NCBI GenBank assembly: GCA_965222375.1 | Contig: CBDCTZ010000016.1 | Coordinates: forward strand, 2,560,001-2,624,000 | Direction: 5' to 3' | Origin: Polyangiaceae bacterium | GTDB taxonomy: Bacteria > Myxococcota_A > Polyangia > Polyangiales > Polyangiaceae | DNA: 64,000 nt | Shown: positions 1 to 13,331 of the stretch, piece by piece | Position numbering within the stretch: the first letter of the stretch is position 1 | Layout of the letters: every line of letters starts with the position of its first letter | Program-made: the position numbers and the translations under genes | The notes under the pieces: model-generated | Seen by the model: the letters and a program-made list of their open reading frames with translations, nothing else | Told to the model about the DNA's origin: nothing | The model's database searches: none

Positions 1-1119
<1,119 letters not shown>

Positions 1120-1130
1120 CGTTCGGTCCT

Positions 1131-2123
1131 TTACTTCAGTGACTTGATGTACTCGATCATCGCTGTGATCTCGTCATCAGATAGCTGGCCCTTGTAGGTG
1201 GGCATGGCGGGAGGGAAGCCTTGAACGATCTTGGCTTGGGGTTCCAGGATCGACTCCTTGAGGTAGTTCTCGTCAACCTTGACGGTGCCTGAGGTGAGCG
1301 CTTCTTCTTTCCCCCACAGGCCCTTCATGGTGGGACCCACTTTGGGGCTTCCGTCGACGGAGTGGCAGGTCGGGCAGCCCTTCTTTTCGTAGAGCTTCTT
1401 CCCGCCCGCGGCGGAGATTTCGACCTTGCCGCAGCCAGAGAGATAGTTGTCGTAAGCTTCTTGGCTCTCCACGACGACCTTGGTGAGCATGTCCGAGTGG
1501 TTCGTGCCGCAATACTCCGTGCACTCGAGGGGGAACTCCCCGGCTTCGGTCGCAGTGAACCACAAGTCCGTGTAGCGACCCGGCACTGCATCCATCTTGA
1601 CCCTGAAGTTTGGGATCCACACTGAATGCAGCACGTCCACGCTGGAGATCACGAGGCGAACCGGCTTGTTGATAGGCACGTGCAGGACGCTGTCGTTGCA
1701 GCCGCCCGGGTGGGTGAAACTCCAGTTCCACTTCTGGCCCGTCGCGTGGATCTCCGTTGCGCCCTTTGGGGCCGTTCGCAAGTCTGCGTAGCCCTTGAAT
1801 CCAAAGTAGAAGAACGCCACCACGAACGGCAAAGGCAGAATGGACCACACGACCTCCATGGCCGTGCTGTGGTCGTGTTGGCTCTGTGCGCGATCGTTGG
1901 CGCTCCTGCCCTTGGACCGGAAATTGACGAGCAGGTAGACCATCGAGGCCACGACGGCCACGACGGCGACCACCGAGGTCCAGTAGATGAAGAAGTAGAG
2001 CCAATCGACGTCCCCAGCTCCGGAGGAGGCCTGCTTTGGCATCCAATAGGAGTCCGAATCCGGGAAAGGAGGGATCTCCGGCTGGAAGGCGGCGATTAGG
2101 GTGGCAATCAGGGGTGTCGACAT
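1131..2123 (-). CDS. ctaC: Cytochrome c oxidase subunit II with C-terminal cytochrome c domain (caa3 type)
   Basis: CuA motifs DVLHS and [13 protein letters not shown]-terminal CPTCH...AMP; ATG 2123 overlaps the SCO stop (TAATG). Confidence 0.95.
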   Translation of the reverse strand: MSTPLIATLIAAFQPEIPPFPDSDSYWMPKQASSGAGDVDWLYFFIYWTSVVAVVAVVASMVYLLVNFRSKGRSANDRAQSQHDHSTAMEVVWSILPLPFVVAFFYFGFKGYADLRTAPKGATEIHATGQKWNWSFTHPGGCNDSVLHVPINKPVRLVISSVDVLHSVWIPNFRVKMDAVPGRYTDLWFTATEAGEFPLECTEYCGTNHSDMLTKVVVESQEAYDNYLSGCGKVEISAAGGKKLYEKKGCPTCHSVDGSPKVGPTMKGLWGKEEALTSGTVKVDENYLKESILEPQAKIVQGFPPAMPTYKGQLSDDEITAMIEYIKSLK

Positions 2124-2983
2124 TAGGTCACCAAAGCGGGTTTGCGCTTGCGGTCCGAGATCCAAAGGGCGGCTAGGAAACCGCCGAGCAGCACCACCGC
2201 AACGGCGCCACTCACCTTCATGATGTTTCGGGCGACCGGAGCATAGCGGCCCTCGGTCTCGTCATAGTGAAAACAGTAGAGCAGGAGACGATCGACGGTG
2301 CTGCCAACCTTGCCCTCCGAGGCCTCGACTAGGGAGAGGCGGAGCGTCTTTGGGTGGTATTCCAAACCGTACAGGTAGCGAGCAACTTTTGCGCTGGGTG
2401 TCGCCACCAGGATCGCAGCGGGGTGTACCCACTCATCACGCTTTTCGTTGTAGCCGTATTGAAACCCCATGGCGTCGGCGAGAGCCCGCACGTTATTCTC
2501 CGAGCCGGTCAAGAACACCCAGCCTTTTTCGGTTCCTGGGCGACCGTACTGGGTCAGGTACCGGCTCTTAGTCTTCTTGGCCCGGGTCCAAGTCTCCTTG
2601 GGGTTGATGCTCACCGTGACGACGCGGAATTCCTTGCCCGCGGACCAGTCGAGTTGCTTCATGCCCTGGACGACACCGTTGAGCTGCATGCTGCACAGCA
2701 TCGGGCAGTCGGAGTAGTTCAGGGTCAGGATGACCGGAGCTTCTCCGTCAAAGTAGTCCTTGAGAGTGACCGGTCGACCCTCTGCGTTCGTGAAGCCGAG
2801 ATTCAAGGGTAGAGACGAGCTGAGCTTCTCGTCCACATCGATGCCATGCAGTCGCTTGGGCAGCTTCTCCGTGCGGGTCTTCCTCGGCGGCGGCTCCGTC
2901 TGCGCGTAGGCGTGCCCTGCCGGCAATGCGACCACCAGGGCTGCCAAGAGCAGCTGCCACAGAAAGCGAGAGCTACGGTGCAT
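2123..2983 (-). CDS. SCO1/SenC family copper chaperone
   Basis: YSDCPMLC motif and HPAA; signal peptide and C-terminal TM; start reassigned to ATG 2983 (MHRSSRF). Confidence 0.9.
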   Translation of the reverse strand: MHRSSRFLWQLLLAALVVALPAGHAYAQTEPPPRKTRTEKLPKRLHGIDVDEKLSSSLPLNLGFTNAEGRPVTLKDYFDGEAPVILTLNYSDCPMLCSMQLNGVVQGMKQLDWSAGKEFRVVTVSINPKETWTRAKKTKSRYLTQYGRPGTEKGWVFLTGSENNVRALADAMGFQYGYNEKRDEWVHPAAILVATPSAKVARYLYGLEYHPKTLRLSLVEASEGKVGSTVDRLLLYCFHYDETEGRYAPVARNIMKVSGAVAVVLLGGFLAALWISDRKRKPALVT

Positions 2984-3563
2984 CGTCGGTGGGGGGAGGC
3001 GCTGGGGGCGGTGGCGCTGGGGCCTCAGGGGTCTCGGGCTGGGGTTGGGTGGGTGGAGGAGGCTTTGGTGCTTCGGGTGCGGGTGCTTCGGGTGCGGGTG
3101 CTTCGGGTGCGGGCGTTTCGGGCTTGGGTGCCTCGGGAGCTCCCTCGGTGCCCTCGCCTTCAGGCGCCGTTTCCTCATCCGCGGCCTCTCCGTCGGCGCC
3201 ACCATCCGCGGCTGCGTCCGCGTCTGCATCGGCGCCAGCGTCGGGCTTTTCCGGCGCGTAGGGAGTTGCGCTCTGCGGGTCCGCCTTGAGGCCCGCAGCC
3301 GTAAGCTCTATGGCGCGCGCTACCGGCAGGCTGACGTGGCCCTTGCCTTTGTCCACCCAGGCGGCTGGCTTGTCCAGCTCCTCGAGCTGCGCCTTCTTGG
3401 CGTTCAGCAGCTCATTCTCCGAAACCTTGGAGATTGCACTGGCGTCCGTCTCGTCGCGCACCAGCGCCGTGAGCACGAGCGAGACCGCGAGCACCGCCAC
3501 CGTCAGGACCGCCACGAGCGTTCCAACGGCACCTGCGTTTACATTGTCCGATTCTGTCGCCAT
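2973..3563 (-). CDS. ActG-like single-pass membrane protein with Pro/Glu-rich tail
   Basis: N-terminal TM, WVDKGKGHVSLPVARAIEL resembling ActG, located between actF and SCO. Confidence 0.6.
   Translation of the reverse strand: MATESDNVNAGAVGTLVAVLTVAVLAVSLVLTALVRDETDASAISKVSENELLNAKKAQLEELDKPAAWVDKGKGHVSLPVARAIELTAAGLKADPQSATPYAPEKPDAGADADADAAADGGADGEAADEETAPEGEGTEGAPEAPKPETPAPEAPAPEAPAPEAPKPPPPTQPQPETPEAPAPPPPAPPPTDDAP
3067..3111. repeat. Three perfect 15-bp tandem repeats encoding PAPEA
   Basis: GGTGCTTCGGGTGCG x3. Confidence 0.9.
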
Positions 3564-3582
3564 CTGCTTCAGTGCTCCACGA

Positions 3583-4818
3583 TCAGAAGTTCTCGAACGC
3601 CAACGACTTGGGAAGCCGCGGGTCCTTGACCGGTACGAGTCGAACCCGCTTTGCCTGCATCGCGGCGCTGGCCAAGAACAAGCCCAACACGCCGACTACG
3701 GCGGTGACATCCATGGCGAGGTCGCCGAGGGGAAGTGTCTTCTCGTGCAGCACGGGTTTCACCAGCCAGTACATGTCGAGGTAGTGCACGACCAGGATCC
3801 AAACCGCCCAAAAGCCCAGCGTCTTCTTGTTGCGTTTGATGTGCCTCGAGAGCAGCCCGAAGAACGGCAACACGAAGTTGAGTACCAACAACGCTCCAGA
3901 AACGACCTTCCAGTCACCCTCGAAGCGTAGCTTGTACCAGAAGGTCTCTTCGGGGACGTTCGCGTACCAAATCAGCATGAACTGGGAGAACGCGATGTAC
4001 GCCCAGAACACGGTGAAGGCGAACATCATCTTGCCGAGGTCGTGATAGTGCTCGATGGTCACGCTCTTCTTCAGCACGCCCTGCTTTTGGGCCCACATCA
4101 GGATCAGGGCGAACATGGAGTGGAAGCTGACGACCGCGCCGGCGAAGAAGTACACGCCGAAGATGGTGGAAAACCACGCTGGCTCTAGCGTCATCAAGAA
4201 ATCGATGGCTGCGAAAGTCAGCGTCAGCGCCAAGAAGATCATGCCTGGAGCGCTGACGGCTTTCATTCGGAGGTTCAGGGCTTGCGGCTCTTTGCTTTGG
4301 TCCTGAGCAAGGCTGGTCTTGAAGAAGAAGTGGCTGAGAAGCACCCAGAAGCCGAAGTAGATGCCGCAGCGCACCAAGAAAAAGGTGACATTCAGGTACG
4401 GCGCCTTGTGATGCAGCAGGTGGTCTGCATGCACCGTTTCCTCGTTGACCCAAATGTAGAGGGCGTCGTTGCCCATCGCCGTGGGAATGATGATGGGAAG
4501 GGCAAGCACGGCCATGAGCGGCATGCTCTGAGCCATGAGCTCTCCGACGCGGCGCAGCGCGATGCTCCACTTGGCGTTGACCAAGTGCTGCAGGGTGACC
4601 CACCAGAGTGCGCCGATCGCGATGCTTAGAATCCACGCATATGCCGTGAGATAGCTGAGCAGGAAGCGTTTGGTATCGCCGGTGTAGCCCAGCCCCAAGC
4701 AAGCCAAAAGTGAGAGGGCACCGATACCGCCGCCGATCTTGACGACGGAGTCCGCGGCACTGCCCACGCGGATGTTGTCGCCGAAGTCGTCCTTCTTGGT
4801 TTTCTTTTCGTCAGCCAT
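3583..4818 (-). CDS. actF: Alternative complex III subunit ActF
   Basis: Polytopic membrane protein with WFSTIFG, HYHDLGK and SQFMLIWYANVPEET motifs. Confidence 0.9.
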   Translation of the reverse strand: MADEKKTKKDDFGDNIRVGSAADSVVKIGGGIGALSLLACLGLGYTGDTKRFLLSYLTAYAWILSIAIGALWWVTLQHLVNAKWSIALRRVGELMAQSMPLMAVLALPIIIPTAMGNDALYIWVNEETVHADHLLHHKAPYLNVTFFLVRCGIYFGFWVLLSHFFFKTSLAQDQSKEPQALNLRMKAVSAPGMIFLALTLTFAAIDFLMTLEPAWFSTIFGVYFFAGAVVSFHSMFALILMWAQKQGVLKKSVTIEHYHDLGKMMFAFTVFWAYIAFSQFMLIWYANVPEETFWYKLRFEGDWKVVSGALLVLNFVLPFFGLLSRHIKRNKKTLGFWAVWILVVHYLDMYWLVKPVLHEKTLPLGDLAMDVTAVVGVLGLFLASAAMQAKRVRLVPVKDPRLPKSLAFENF

Positions 4819-4836
4819 GAGACAAATCGCTTTCGA

Positions 4837-6069
4837 TTACTTGAGCGAAGCCCGATCCGCTTCCGGCAGATCCGCAATGTTGCTTTGACGACTGCGCTGC
4901 AACGCGCGCAAGTACATGATGATCGACCAGCGGTCCTCGGTTGGAATCAGCTGACCGTAGCCAGCCATGTTGCGCACGCCGTTGGACGCCGCGTCGAAGA
5001 GCTGCCCAACGGGCATGAAGCGCAGATAGTCTTGGTGTAGATTTGTTGGCGGGATCCAGGTTCCCTCTGCGAGGTTCGTGGCACGAGTCGCTATTGGACC
5101 GTCGCCATTACCGCTCAGGCCGTGACACGGAGCGCAGTAGATGCCGTAGCGCTCCTTGCCCCGCTCGATGTTTTCGGTCGTGGGTTCGATTGCCGGTGGG
5201 AACGTGCGTGCCCAAGCGCCGTTTTCCTTGCCAACATAGAGGTGGTCGTCGTCGCGCAGCTCGCCCACGGCGACGGTGCCTGGCACATCTGGTCGCTCCG
5301 CGCGCCCGTCGGCGAAGATGGTGTTCTCCTGCTGCGCTTGGTACTTCAGCTGCCAATCCATGTCCCCCATGACGTGGATCCGCGTGGCCTCAGTCTTCGC
5401 CGCCCGCGCCTTCGCGATGAAGGCGAAGGGCACCAAGGACGCGGCCCCCAGGACGACCAGGGCGTAGATGATTCCGGAAGGAAGCTTGCCGGAGCTGCTG
5501 CGATCCTCACGCACCATGTCCAATACCGCCGGATTGGTTTCGGCAAGTAACTGATGGGTTGCGTCTTCGTCGAAGCGGGGGTCGGCCGCTTCGATCAGGA
5601 GGAAGAACCTATCGTCGGTGACCCGGGCGAAGCGCTTCTTGAGATCCAACGGATGTGAGGGCTGCGGCAGGTTGTTCAAGGCCAACATGCCGAAGAGCGC
5701 AGCGAAGGCGCTGAGCAGCACCGTCAGCTCGAAGTAGATTGGGACGTTCGCTGGGATGCTCCAGAAGGGTTTGCCAGAGCTGATGAACTTGTAGTCGAAG
5801 GCGTTGGCGTACCACTGCAGCAGAATGGCTGTGGTCAGGCCCGTGAGCCCCGCCGCCAGGACGATCCACGGCAGCCGCGTCATCTTGATACCCATGGCTG
5901 GGTCGATGCCGTGAATCGGGAAGGGCGTGTACGTGTCCCACTTCTCGAAGCCGGCGTCCCGAATCTTCTTGGACGCCGTGACCAACTCACCGGGGGTGTC
6001 GTACTCAGCGAGGATCCCGTGAACGGGAGCAGCGCCAGTTTCGTCAGGGGTGTGTTTCGTGTCAGCCAT
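4837..6069 (-). CDS. Alternative complex III ActD-ActE fusion (DUF3341 plus monoheme cytochrome c)
   Basis: N-half YTPFPIHG, GKPFWS and FELTVL (ActD); C-half YCAPCHG and NGVRNM (ActE). Confidence 0.88.
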   Translation of the reverse strand: MADTKHTPDETGAAPVHGILAEYDTPGELVTASKKIRDAGFEKWDTYTPFPIHGIDPAMGIKMTRLPWIVLAAGLTGLTTAILLQWYANAFDYKFISSGKPFWSIPANVPIYFELTVLLSAFAALFGMLALNNLPQPSHPLDLKKRFARVTDDRFFLLIEAADPRFDEDATHQLLAETNPAVLDMVREDRSSSGKLPSGIIYALVVLGAASLVPFAFIAKARAAKTEATRIHVMGDMDWQLKYQAQQENTIFADGRAERPDVPGTVAVGELRDDDHLYVGKENGAWARTFPPAIEPTTENIERGKERYGIYCAPCHGLSGNGDGPIATRATNLAEGTWIPPTNLHQDYLRFMPVGQLFDAASNGVRNMAGYGQLIPTEDRWSIIMYLRALQRSRQSNIADLPEADRASLK

Positions 6070-6077
6070 GACTCACC

Positions 6078-7451
6078 TCAGTGATGATCTCCGCCAGCGT
6101 GTGCCGATGGCACCGCGGCTTTGACCTCGGCCATCGCCACCATGGGTAGGTAGCGGCAGAACAGCAGGAACAGCGTGAAGAACAGTCCGAAGCTGCCGGC
6201 GAGGGTTGCGTAGTCCCAGGGGGTCGGGACGAGATAGCCCCAGGAGGAGGGCAAGAAGTCCCGCGCCATCGAGGTCACGATGATGACGAAGCGCTCGAAC
6301 CACATCCCAATGTTCACGACCACGCCGACCAGGAAGATGACCCACACGTTGGTGCGGGCTTTCTTGAACCAGAAGACCTGCGGGGAGATGACGTTGCAGG
6401 CGATCATCGTCCAGTAGGACCAGCTGTAGTTGCCGAAGAGTCGATTGACGAAGGCGAAGCCCTCGTAGGTGCTACCGCTGTACCAGGCGATGAAGAACTC
6501 CATCCCGTAGGCGTATCCAACCATCATGCCCGTCGCGAGGATGATCTTGGCCATCAGCTCGAGGTGGCTGATGGTGATGATTCGCTTGAGCCCGAAGAAC
6601 TGCCGAGCCGGAACCGCCAGGGTTACGACCATCGCGAAGCCCCCGAAGATGGCGCCGGCGACAAAGTAGGGGGGGAAGATCGTGGTGTGCCAGCCAGGGA
6701 TCTGCGCTGTAGCGAAGTCGAAAGAAACGACGCTGTGCACGCTGAGCACCAGAGGCGTGGCTAGGGCCGCCAAGATCAAGTAGGCGCGCTCGTAGCGGTG
6801 CCACTGCCGGCTGGAGCCTCGCCAGCCCATGGCGAAGGCACCGTAGAGGAAGCGTCGAATCGACGAGGTCGAGCGATCTCGGAAGGTCGCCAAGTCCGGA
6901 ATCATGCCCATGTACCAGAACAGGAGGCTCACGGTGGCGTAGGTGCCGACCGCGAACACGTCCCACTCGAGCGGGCTGCGGAATTGCGGCCACATGCCCA
7001 TCGAGTTCGGGATGGGGAACATCCAGTACGGCAACCAGGGTCGGCCCACGTGCAAGCCGGGGAACACCGCAGCGCAAACGACTGCGAAGATGGTCATCGC
7101 TTCGGCGAAGCGGTTGATTGCGGTGCGCCAAGTCTGGCGCAGTAAGTACAGAATCGCGCTGATCAGCGTACCGGCGTGGCCGATTCCGACCCAGAACACG
7201 AAGTTGACGATGGGGAAGCCCCAGAAAGTCGGGTTGGTATTGCCCCAGATCCCGATGCCGGACCAGAACAGCCAGGCGATGCTCGCGCCGAAAAGTCCCA
7301 ACAGGCCGAGCGCGAAAGCGAAGGCGATGTACCAGCCTCGGGGCGGCTTCGGGGTCTCCGTGACGCGCGACACATTGTGGGTAATGCGCGCAAACTCGTT
7401 GTCGCCCTTGGGCGCCTCGATGAATGGGTTGACGTCGCTAACCACAGCCAT
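6078..7451 (-). CDS. actC: Alternative complex III subunit ActC (NrfD family)
   Basis: [26 protein letters not shown] and [10 protein letters not shown] motifs. Confidence 0.95.
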   Translation of the reverse strand: MAVVSDVNPFIEAPKGDNEFARITHNVSRVTETPKPPRGWYIAFAFALGLLGLFGASIAWLFWSGIGIWGNTNPTFWGFPIVNFVFWVGIGHAGTLISAILYLLRQTWRTAINRFAEAMTIFAVVCAAVFPGLHVGRPWLPYWMFPIPNSMGMWPQFRSPLEWDVFAVGTYATVSLLFWYMGMIPDLATFRDRSTSSIRRFLYGAFAMGWRGSSRQWHRYERAYLILAALATPLVLSVHSVVSFDFATAQIPGWHTTIFPPYFVAGAIFGGFAMVVTLAVPARQFFGLKRIITISHLELMAKIILATGMMVGYAYGMEFFIAWYSGSTYEGFAFVNRLFGNYSWSYWTMIACNVISPQVFWFKKARTNVWVIFLVGVVVNIGMWFERFVIIVTSMARDFLPSSWGYLVPTPWDYATLAGSFGLFFTLFLLFCRYLPMVAMAEVKAAVPSAHAGGDHH

Positions 7452-7454
7452 GGC

Positions 7455-10400
7455 TCACACCAGCTCCGGGTTCGGGTTCTTCACGCGCGCCAGATAGCGC
7501 ACACGCGGTCGGTTGTTGTACTCATCCAGCAGGCCGTAGGAGCGTGGCGAGTGCTGTTTGGCGGCGACCTTGCTGCCCGAGTCGTTCAGGTCGCCGAAGA
7601 CGATGGCGTCCGTGGGGCAGGTTTGCTGGCACGCCGTCGTGACGGCTCCGTCTGGGATTGCCTGCTTGGCGTTCTTCGCCTTGATCTTGGTCTTCTGGAT
7701 GCGTTGCACGCAGAAGGTGCACTTTTCCATCACGCCGCGAGCACGCAGGCTGACCTCGGGGTTGAACACCATGCTCTTGATGCGCGCGTCGTCGTCTTTG
7801 AAGCCGTGGTAGGGCGTGGTGCCCTGGATGTCCAAGTTGTAGTTTAGGTAGTTGAAGCGCCGCACCTTGTAGGGGCAGTTGGCCGCGCAGTAGCGGGTGC
7901 CGATGCAGCGGTTGTAGACCATGTCATTGAGCCCCTCGTGGCTGTGCATGGTCGCGCCCACCGGACAGACTTGTTCGCAGGGCGCGTTCTCGCACTGCAT
8001 GCAGGGTAGTGGTTGCCACGCCAGCTCCGGTTCATCCGGGGGGCCCCGGAAGTAACGATCCACGCGCAGCCACAGCAGCTCGCGACCTCGTGCAACCTCC
8101 TCTTCGCCCACGGAGGGAACGTTGTTTTCAGCCTGGCAGGCCGTGACGCAGGCCGAGCAACCGATGCACTTGCCCATGTCGATGCTCATGCCCCACTTGT
8201 GCCCGTCGTAGGACACGGGGGCTTCCCAGAGATTCAGTAGCGGCGGGTGGTGCACGGCGTGCTTGGCGAAGTCGGGCTCCTTCTTGTAGGTCGCTAGATC
8301 CGTCTCTCGAATCAGCATGGCGTCCTTCGTAGAGAGCTTCTTGCTGCCGTCGGGCTGCTTCTTGTAGCCCAGCCGGTACTGCGCGCCGTCTTGACCGACT
8401 TGGTCGATGCTGTGCACGTCTTGGGTCGTCGCCATGCGCTTCTTTGCAGCACCTGGGGTGACCTGCAGCCCGCCGACGAACTCGTGGGCCTCGCTCGTGC
8501 GCAGCGTGTAGGCGTTGGCGCCCACGGTTGGTATGTTCTTGTCTTCCAATCCGCCGACGCGCCCGGCTCGAGTACGGCCATAGCCTAGGGCCAAGTGCAC
8601 GGAGCCTTTGGCCATGCCGGGCACAATCATGGCGAAGGTGGGCAGGGTCTTGCCGCCGACGGTCAAGGAAACCGCTTGGCCGTCAACGGCTCCGACGGCG
8701 GCGGCAGTCGCAGGCGCCATGAGCGCGGCATTGCCCCAGGTCAACTTGGTGATGGACTCGGGCAGCTCCTGTAGCCAAGAATTGTTCCCAAAGCGGCCAT
8801 CGAGGACTTTGTTGTCGGTGATGAAGCACAGCTCGAGCTGGCCATTGCCCGCCTCGAGCGCTCCTTTCTCACGCTCTGACAGGGCGACTGGCGCGAGGTC
8901 CTTCAGCTCGGGAGTTACGCGCTCGAGCTTGGGGCCCGATACGAAGCCATCGTGAATGGCGCGGCGGAGCTTGCGGGGGCTCCCCAACGCGTCCCGGTGG
9001 GTGTGTTTCACGAGGTCGAGGCCGTCCGCTGGGCTCTGACCCAGCAAGGTCGCCAGCACCTCGATGCCGCTCTTGCCGCCGAACAGGGGCGCAATCAATG
9101 GTTGCTGAATGCTGACGGTGCCGTCGGGTGCGATCACGTCGCCCCAGCTCTCGAGCCAATGGGCTTCGTTGACGTGCCAACCGCACAGCTTGCCGGTCTC
9201 GTCGTCGTAGAGACCGACGTGGACCGTCGTTGCCGCTTTGCCGATCCCGGCGGCGAAGTTGAAGTCCGCTGGCGCCGTGTATGCGGGGTTCGCGCCCAGG
9301 ACGATCAGCGTGCTGATCTTTCCCCCGTTCAGATCCGCAGCAAGGGCTTTCAGATCCGCCAAGCGCGTGGGCGCTTCACCACGAGGGTCCTCGGTATAGA
9401 AAACCGTCTTGCCAACGTTCTCCAGTTTGGCGTTCAGGCGGGCGACGATCGCGTGGACTTCCGGAGGCTGGTGTTCTCCGGCTGCGATCAAAGAGCGGCC
9501 CTTTGCTGCCGCCAGGTCCTTGGCCATCACTTCCAGGAACTTGGCGACCTTGGGATCACTCAAGAAGGCAGCGCCGGGCTTCGGCTGCGCGCCACTGGCG
9601 CCCACACTGCTGCTCACCTGAGCGTCGAGGGCCGCGGCGAACGCTTTGATCAGTTCGGTACGCAGTGCCAAGCGATGATCCGCGATGCTGCCGAGGCGAG
9701 TGTAGCCGCCCTCCACTGCGTAGAGCCGGCTCATATTCGAATCGGGATCACGACGCTTGATGGCGGCCGCGGCGTTGGCGAGGCCGTTGGGATACAGTTC
9801 GCTGAGGATGTCTCCGTCGAGGGTCAAAACGACGTTAGCCGCCGAGAGATCGAAGTGAACGCGGTGGGCGGTCCCGAATGCCTGTAGGGTGCCCCGGCGC
9901 GTTCCTTCCCCGTCGGAAGCCTCCCACTCGACCCAACGAGCCTTGGGCAGCATGGTGGCGAACTTCTTCTTCAGCTCGGCCCGGGTTGGCGACGAGCTGG
10001 CCCCCAGAACGACGGCTAGACCTTCACCGCCCCTGCCCTTGGCCTCGCCGACGTGGGAGCGGATGAAGGCTGCAAAGTCATCCCAGGTCTTCTTGTCGGA
10101 GCCCTGCCGTGGATTGCGGCTGCGATCCGGATCGTAAACGTCCAGCACTTGTGCTTGGTGCACGGCGCCAAGAGCGCCCAAGCTGGAGGATTGGGCGACG
10201 TTGCCCTCTAACTTGATGGGGCGCCCGTCGTAGCTGGTTGCGTGCACACCGAGCGCAACGCCAGCGATGTCCACGGCGGTCGCGAACCTGCGTGTCTCGC
10301 CCGGGATGCGCCCTTCCTGCGACTTGCTCGGTGCGAGCACCTTGTCTTCGTGCCAGCGACAGCCGGCGGCAGCGGCCAGAGCTGAGCCCGCGCCGATGAC

Positions 10401-10556
10401 CTGCATGAAGCGGCGACGTGCCGGGGAGCTCGGCTCAGCGTCCGGAGGGGTCTCGAACTCACGAGCTGCCCGTTCCAGGAACTCGGGCGAGTTCTCATGC
10501 TCCGGCAAGCTCCGCCAGTACTCGGGGCTTTGAGGGTCTTTCTTCAGCGATGACAT
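7455..10556 (-). CDS. actB: Alternative complex III subunit ActB (Tat-exported molybdopterin-oxidoreductase-like plus Fe-S domain)
   Basis: YWRSL, twin-Arg ARRRFMQ followed by Cys, [41 protein letters not shown]; start reassigned to ATG 10556. Confidence 0.93.
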   Translation of the reverse strand: MSSLKKDPQSPEYWRSLPEHENSPEFLERAAREFETPPDAEPSSPARRRFMQVIGAGSALAAAAGCRWHEDKVLAPSKSQEGRIPGETRRFATAVDIAGVALGVHATSYDGRPIKLEGNVAQSSSLGALGAVHQAQVLDVYDPDRSRNPRQGSDKKTWDDFAAFIRSHVGEAKGRGGEGLAVVLGASSSPTRAELKKKFATMLPKARWVEWEASDGEGTRRGTLQAFGTAHRVHFDLSAANVVLTLDGDILSELYPNGLANAAAAIKRRDPDSNMSRLYAVEGGYTRLGSIADHRLALRTELIKAFAAALDAQVSSSVGASGAQPKPGAAFLSDPKVAKFLEVMAKDLAAAKGRSLIAAGEHQPPEVHAIVARLNAKLENVGKTVFYTEDPRGEAPTRLADLKALAADLNGGKISTLIVLGANPAYTAPADFNFAAGIGKAATTVHVGLYDDETGKLCGWHVNEAHWLESWGDVIAPDGTVSIQQPLIAPLFGGKSGIEVLATLLGQSPADGLDLVKHTHRDALGSPRKLRRAIHDGFVSGPKLERVTPELKDLAPVALSEREKGALEAGNGQLELCFITDNKVLDGRFGNNSWLQELPESITKLTWGNAALMAPATAAAVGAVDGQAVSLTVGGKTLPTFAMIVPGMAKGSVHLALGYGRTRAGRVGGLEDKNIPTVGANAYTLRTSEAHEFVGGLQVTPGAAKKRMATTQDVHSIDQVGQDGAQYRLGYKKQPDGSKKLSTKDAMLIRETDLATYKKEPDFAKHAVHHPPLLNLWEAPVSYDGHKWGMSIDMGKCIGCSACVTACQAENNVPSVGEEEVARGRELLWLRVDRYFRGPPDEPELAWQPLPCMQCENAPCEQVCPVGATMHSHEGLNDMVYNRCIGTRYCAANCPYKVRRFNYLNYNLDIQGTTPYHGFKDDDARIKSMVFNPEVSLRARGVMEKCTFCVQRIQKTKIKAKNAKQAIPDGAVTTACQQTCPTDAIVFGDLNDSGSKVAAKQHSPRSYGLLDEYNNRPRVRYLARVKNPNPELV

Positions 10557-11224
10557 GTGGAGCAATCCTCGGACGGGTTGATGTTGTTGTCCTCGCGGAA
10601 CTTCTTGCCGAACTCGACGGGATCGCCCTCCGGGGCCCAAGTCATGTTCGTGGCTTCGCTCGGCGGGCGGAGGTGCTTTTCCGGTGCACGGTGGCAATCC
10701 AGGCACCAGCCCATGCTCATGGATTCGACCTGGTGGACCTTCACCATCTTGTCCACCCGACCGTGACAGCTCACACAACCCACACCGCGGGTCACGTGGG
10801 CGCTGTGGTCGAAGTAGACGTAGTCGGGAAGATCGTGGACCTTGATCCACTGAATGGACTCTCCGTCTTCCTTGCAGCTGCGCGTCTTGTCGGACCAGTC
10901 ACAGCTCTCGCGCAGGGTGGCGAGCTGTGGGCTCTTGGTCTTCACCCGAGAGTGGCAGTTCATGCACGTTGCCGTGGAGGGGATTGCCGAATGGGCCGCC
11001 CGATCCACGGTGTTGTGGCAATACCTGCAGTCGAGCCCCAACTGGCCCACATGCAGCTCATGGCTGTACGCTATGGGTTGCTTCGGCTGATAGCCGACGT
11101 CAGTGGTTTTCGGTGAGAAGCCATACCAGACCAGTCCGGTCAGGTAGAGCGGTGCGATGCCCAATACAGCGCCTGCGATGGGACGCGTCTTGTTGGCCCA
11201 ACGGGGAAATCTGAACAGCTTCAT
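10544..11224 (-). CDS. actA: Alternative complex III pentaheme cytochrome c ActA
   Basis: N-terminal TM, QPIAYSH and five CxxCH motifs. Confidence 0.93.
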   Translation of the reverse strand: MKLFRFPRWANKTRPIAGAVLGIAPLYLTGLVWYGFSPKTTDVGYQPKQPIAYSHELHVGQLGLDCRYCHNTVDRAAHSAIPSTATCMNCHSRVKTKSPQLATLRESCDWSDKTRSCKEDGESIQWIKVHDLPDYVYFDHSAHVTRGVGCVSCHGRVDKMVKVHQVESMSMGWCLDCHRAPEKHLRPPSEATNMTWAPEGDPVEFGKKFREDNNINPSEDCSTCHR

Positions 11225-11800
11225 CGCTCCGGACCCGTTTTGATCGACCCAGCGGCTTCACGCTGCCGCCGGTGTCTGTTCATTGTTGGAAGTCGGCTCA
11301 TCGACTCTGCCTCTCTCGCTCGCGCGTGAGGTCGGTTCGAGGCCCTTTTCAGGGCGCCCCCCGGTAACACGTTCGGGGGCCTTTTGGCGACAGAAGATGG
11401 GCCTGCCGCGCAATTTTGCCGCCGCCGGATGGGGGATGGCGATCAGAATGCGCAATGCTTGCGCAAGCGATCATGCACGCAGTTTTCAAGCGCTGGCGAA
11501 CGCGTCAGCGGATACAACAACGTCTGTCGCTTGGGACGCCGGTGTTATGCGGCTCCCGCGGCCAAATGTAAAGCCTCGTCGCCGCCGGATGGAGCGCGCA
11601 GAAAAACGCTTCCACGACGAAGGTTTGAACGCCACTCAGCGCGGCGGCTGGTCGCAATACACTTCGGCGAGCTCGGGCGAGCCATGCGGTGGCGATGCAT
11701 CGAGTCGACACCCGCGGCGCTGCCTAGCGACGGCCGGAGACAGTGGCCGCCCCAGAGCGCGCGGCTCACCCGGGAGCCGCAATAATGCTGCGAGCGCGAC

Positions 11801-13162
11801 TCAGAAGTCGCGCATCTGCTTGCGGATCTTGCCGATCGCTTGCTCTTGCAACTGACGAATACGCTCTCGAGAGAGATTGTACTTGTCGCCAATCTCTTTG
11901 AGGGTGAGTTCGTCTTCGTTGTCGAGCCCGAAACGCCAGCGGATGATCCGTGACTCGATAGGAGTCAAAGTGCCGAGCAGACGTTGGACCTCTTCTGCCC
12001 ACTTCTGGTTCGCGAGGCAGTCGTAGGGCGACAGACTATTTTCCTCGACGAGGAAGTCGAGGAAGCGACGCCCGTCCTCGTCTCCCACGGGGCGGTCGAG
12101 GGAAAACGGAGTGTCAGCGTATAGGTCCTTCACCTTGTCGAGCTTCTCCCGAGGCACACCGGTTTCCTTTTCCAGTTCCTCTGGGGTGGGCTCGCGGCCG
12201 GTTCGCGCAATGATGGTTTGAGTCGCTCGGGACACGCGGTTGTAGGTATCGAGCATGTGCACCGGAATGCGAACCGCTCGGCCCTTGTCGGCCAGCGCCC
12301 GGCTGATAGCGTGGCGGATCCACCAGGACGCGTAGGTCGAGAAGCGGTAGCCACGGGTATGGTCGAAGCGCTCCACGGCCTTCATCAGACCGATATTGCC
12401 CTCCTGAATCAAATCGATCAGGGGCAGGCGTCCGCGGTTGTAGCGCCGCGCAATACTCACGACGAGGCGCAGGTTCGCCTTCACGAAGCGGTTCTTTGCC
12501 GTGCGCTGCACGCGATCCGTGCGGCGTACCGACGCGAGATAGCGTTTGTATGCGGGCGTCTCGGGAATGATCGCGCGTCCGCTGCCGTCCGTGGGAGCCT
12601 TGATGACTTCTGTTGCGGTCTTGGCCGCATTGGCCATCCAAATCCGATCGGAATCCGGCAAACGCACTTCACGCGCAAGCCCTTCGCACAGAACAGCCCA
12701 ATTGCGCTGCTGTTCTGCGCGCAGCTTCGAGCGCTGCTTCTTGTACAGCTTGAGCAGCTTGCGCAGCTCATCCCGCTGCTTTGCCGGCGGTCGGTCATCC
12801 TCGTTCAGCGTGAGGATGTCGCCGTCCAGCTGTTCGAGCAAAATGGCGGCGGCTGGCAGGTAGGACAGCAGAGCGACCCAATGGTTGACCTCGGCTTGCT
12901 CGACGTCTTGTGCCGTCTGCAGCTCTTCATCCGGACCCATCACTTGGTGGGTGGCCATGTCGCGGAAATATCGCGACAGCATGGTGTCGTTATTCGATTC
13001 GACCGACGGGCGCGGCTTGCCGGTTTCGTTGGCTGCCGCTGCGCGCAGGCTGGCTTCAGGACTGCTGTCTGCACGTAGAATGGCTGGGCGCGACCTGATG
13101 GACGTTTGCTCGTCGTGTTCTTCCACGGCGGCGATGTTTTGGGCGGTGCGGCTTCGGGACAT
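11801..13162 (-). CDS. RpoD/RpoS-family sigma70 factor (group-2-like, no acidic region 1.1)
   Basis: [42 protein letters not shown] and TLKEIG...SRERIRQ. Confidence 0.93.
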   Translation of the reverse strand: MSRSRTAQNIAAVEEHDEQTSIRSRPAILRADSSPEASLRAAAANETGKPRPSVESNNDTMLSRYFRDMATHQVMGPDEELQTAQDVEQAEVNHWVALLSYLPAAAILLEQLDGDILTLNEDDRPPAKQRDELRKLLKLYKKQRSKLRAEQQRNWAVLCEGLAREVRLPDSDRIWMANAAKTATEVIKAPTDGSGRAIIPETPAYKRYLASVRRTDRVQRTAKNRFVKANLRLVVSIARRYNRGRLPLIDLIQEGNIGLMKAVERFDHTRGYRFSTYASWWIRHAISRALADKGRAVRIPVHMLDTYNRVSRATQTIIARTGREPTPEELEKETGVPREKLDKVKDLYADTPFSLDRPVGDEDGRRFLDFLVEENSLSPYDCLANQKWAEEVQRLLGTLTPIESRIIRWRFGLDNEDELTLKEIGDKYNLSRERIRQLQEQAIGKIRKQMRDF

Positions 13163-13331
13163 GGGTCCTCTGGGAGTGTTTGGGGGTGTCAGAGGGCGTT
13201 TGACACCCGTAGGGCCAACGAAACGTCACGCGAGGGGGGATTCCCGTGACGGGAGGCTGGCCGGGGCGGCGGGCGGGTGACGACCCCAGGGGGGCCGGAG
13301 GCGGATTGGTTGGGAACCAGGGAAATTTGGC

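Noticed and set aside
11410..11424. GG-N10-GC box upstream of actA
   Set aside because: The -24 element (CGGCGGC) matches poorly; likely chance in GC-rich DNA
11420..11592. 13-bp direct repeat CGCCGCCGGATGG spaced 160 bp apart
   Set aside because: GC-rich, only two copies, no other support
11225..11800. ORFs in the actA-sigma intergenic region
   Set aside because: Arg/Ala/Ser-rich translations with no motifs or RBS; treated as non-coding
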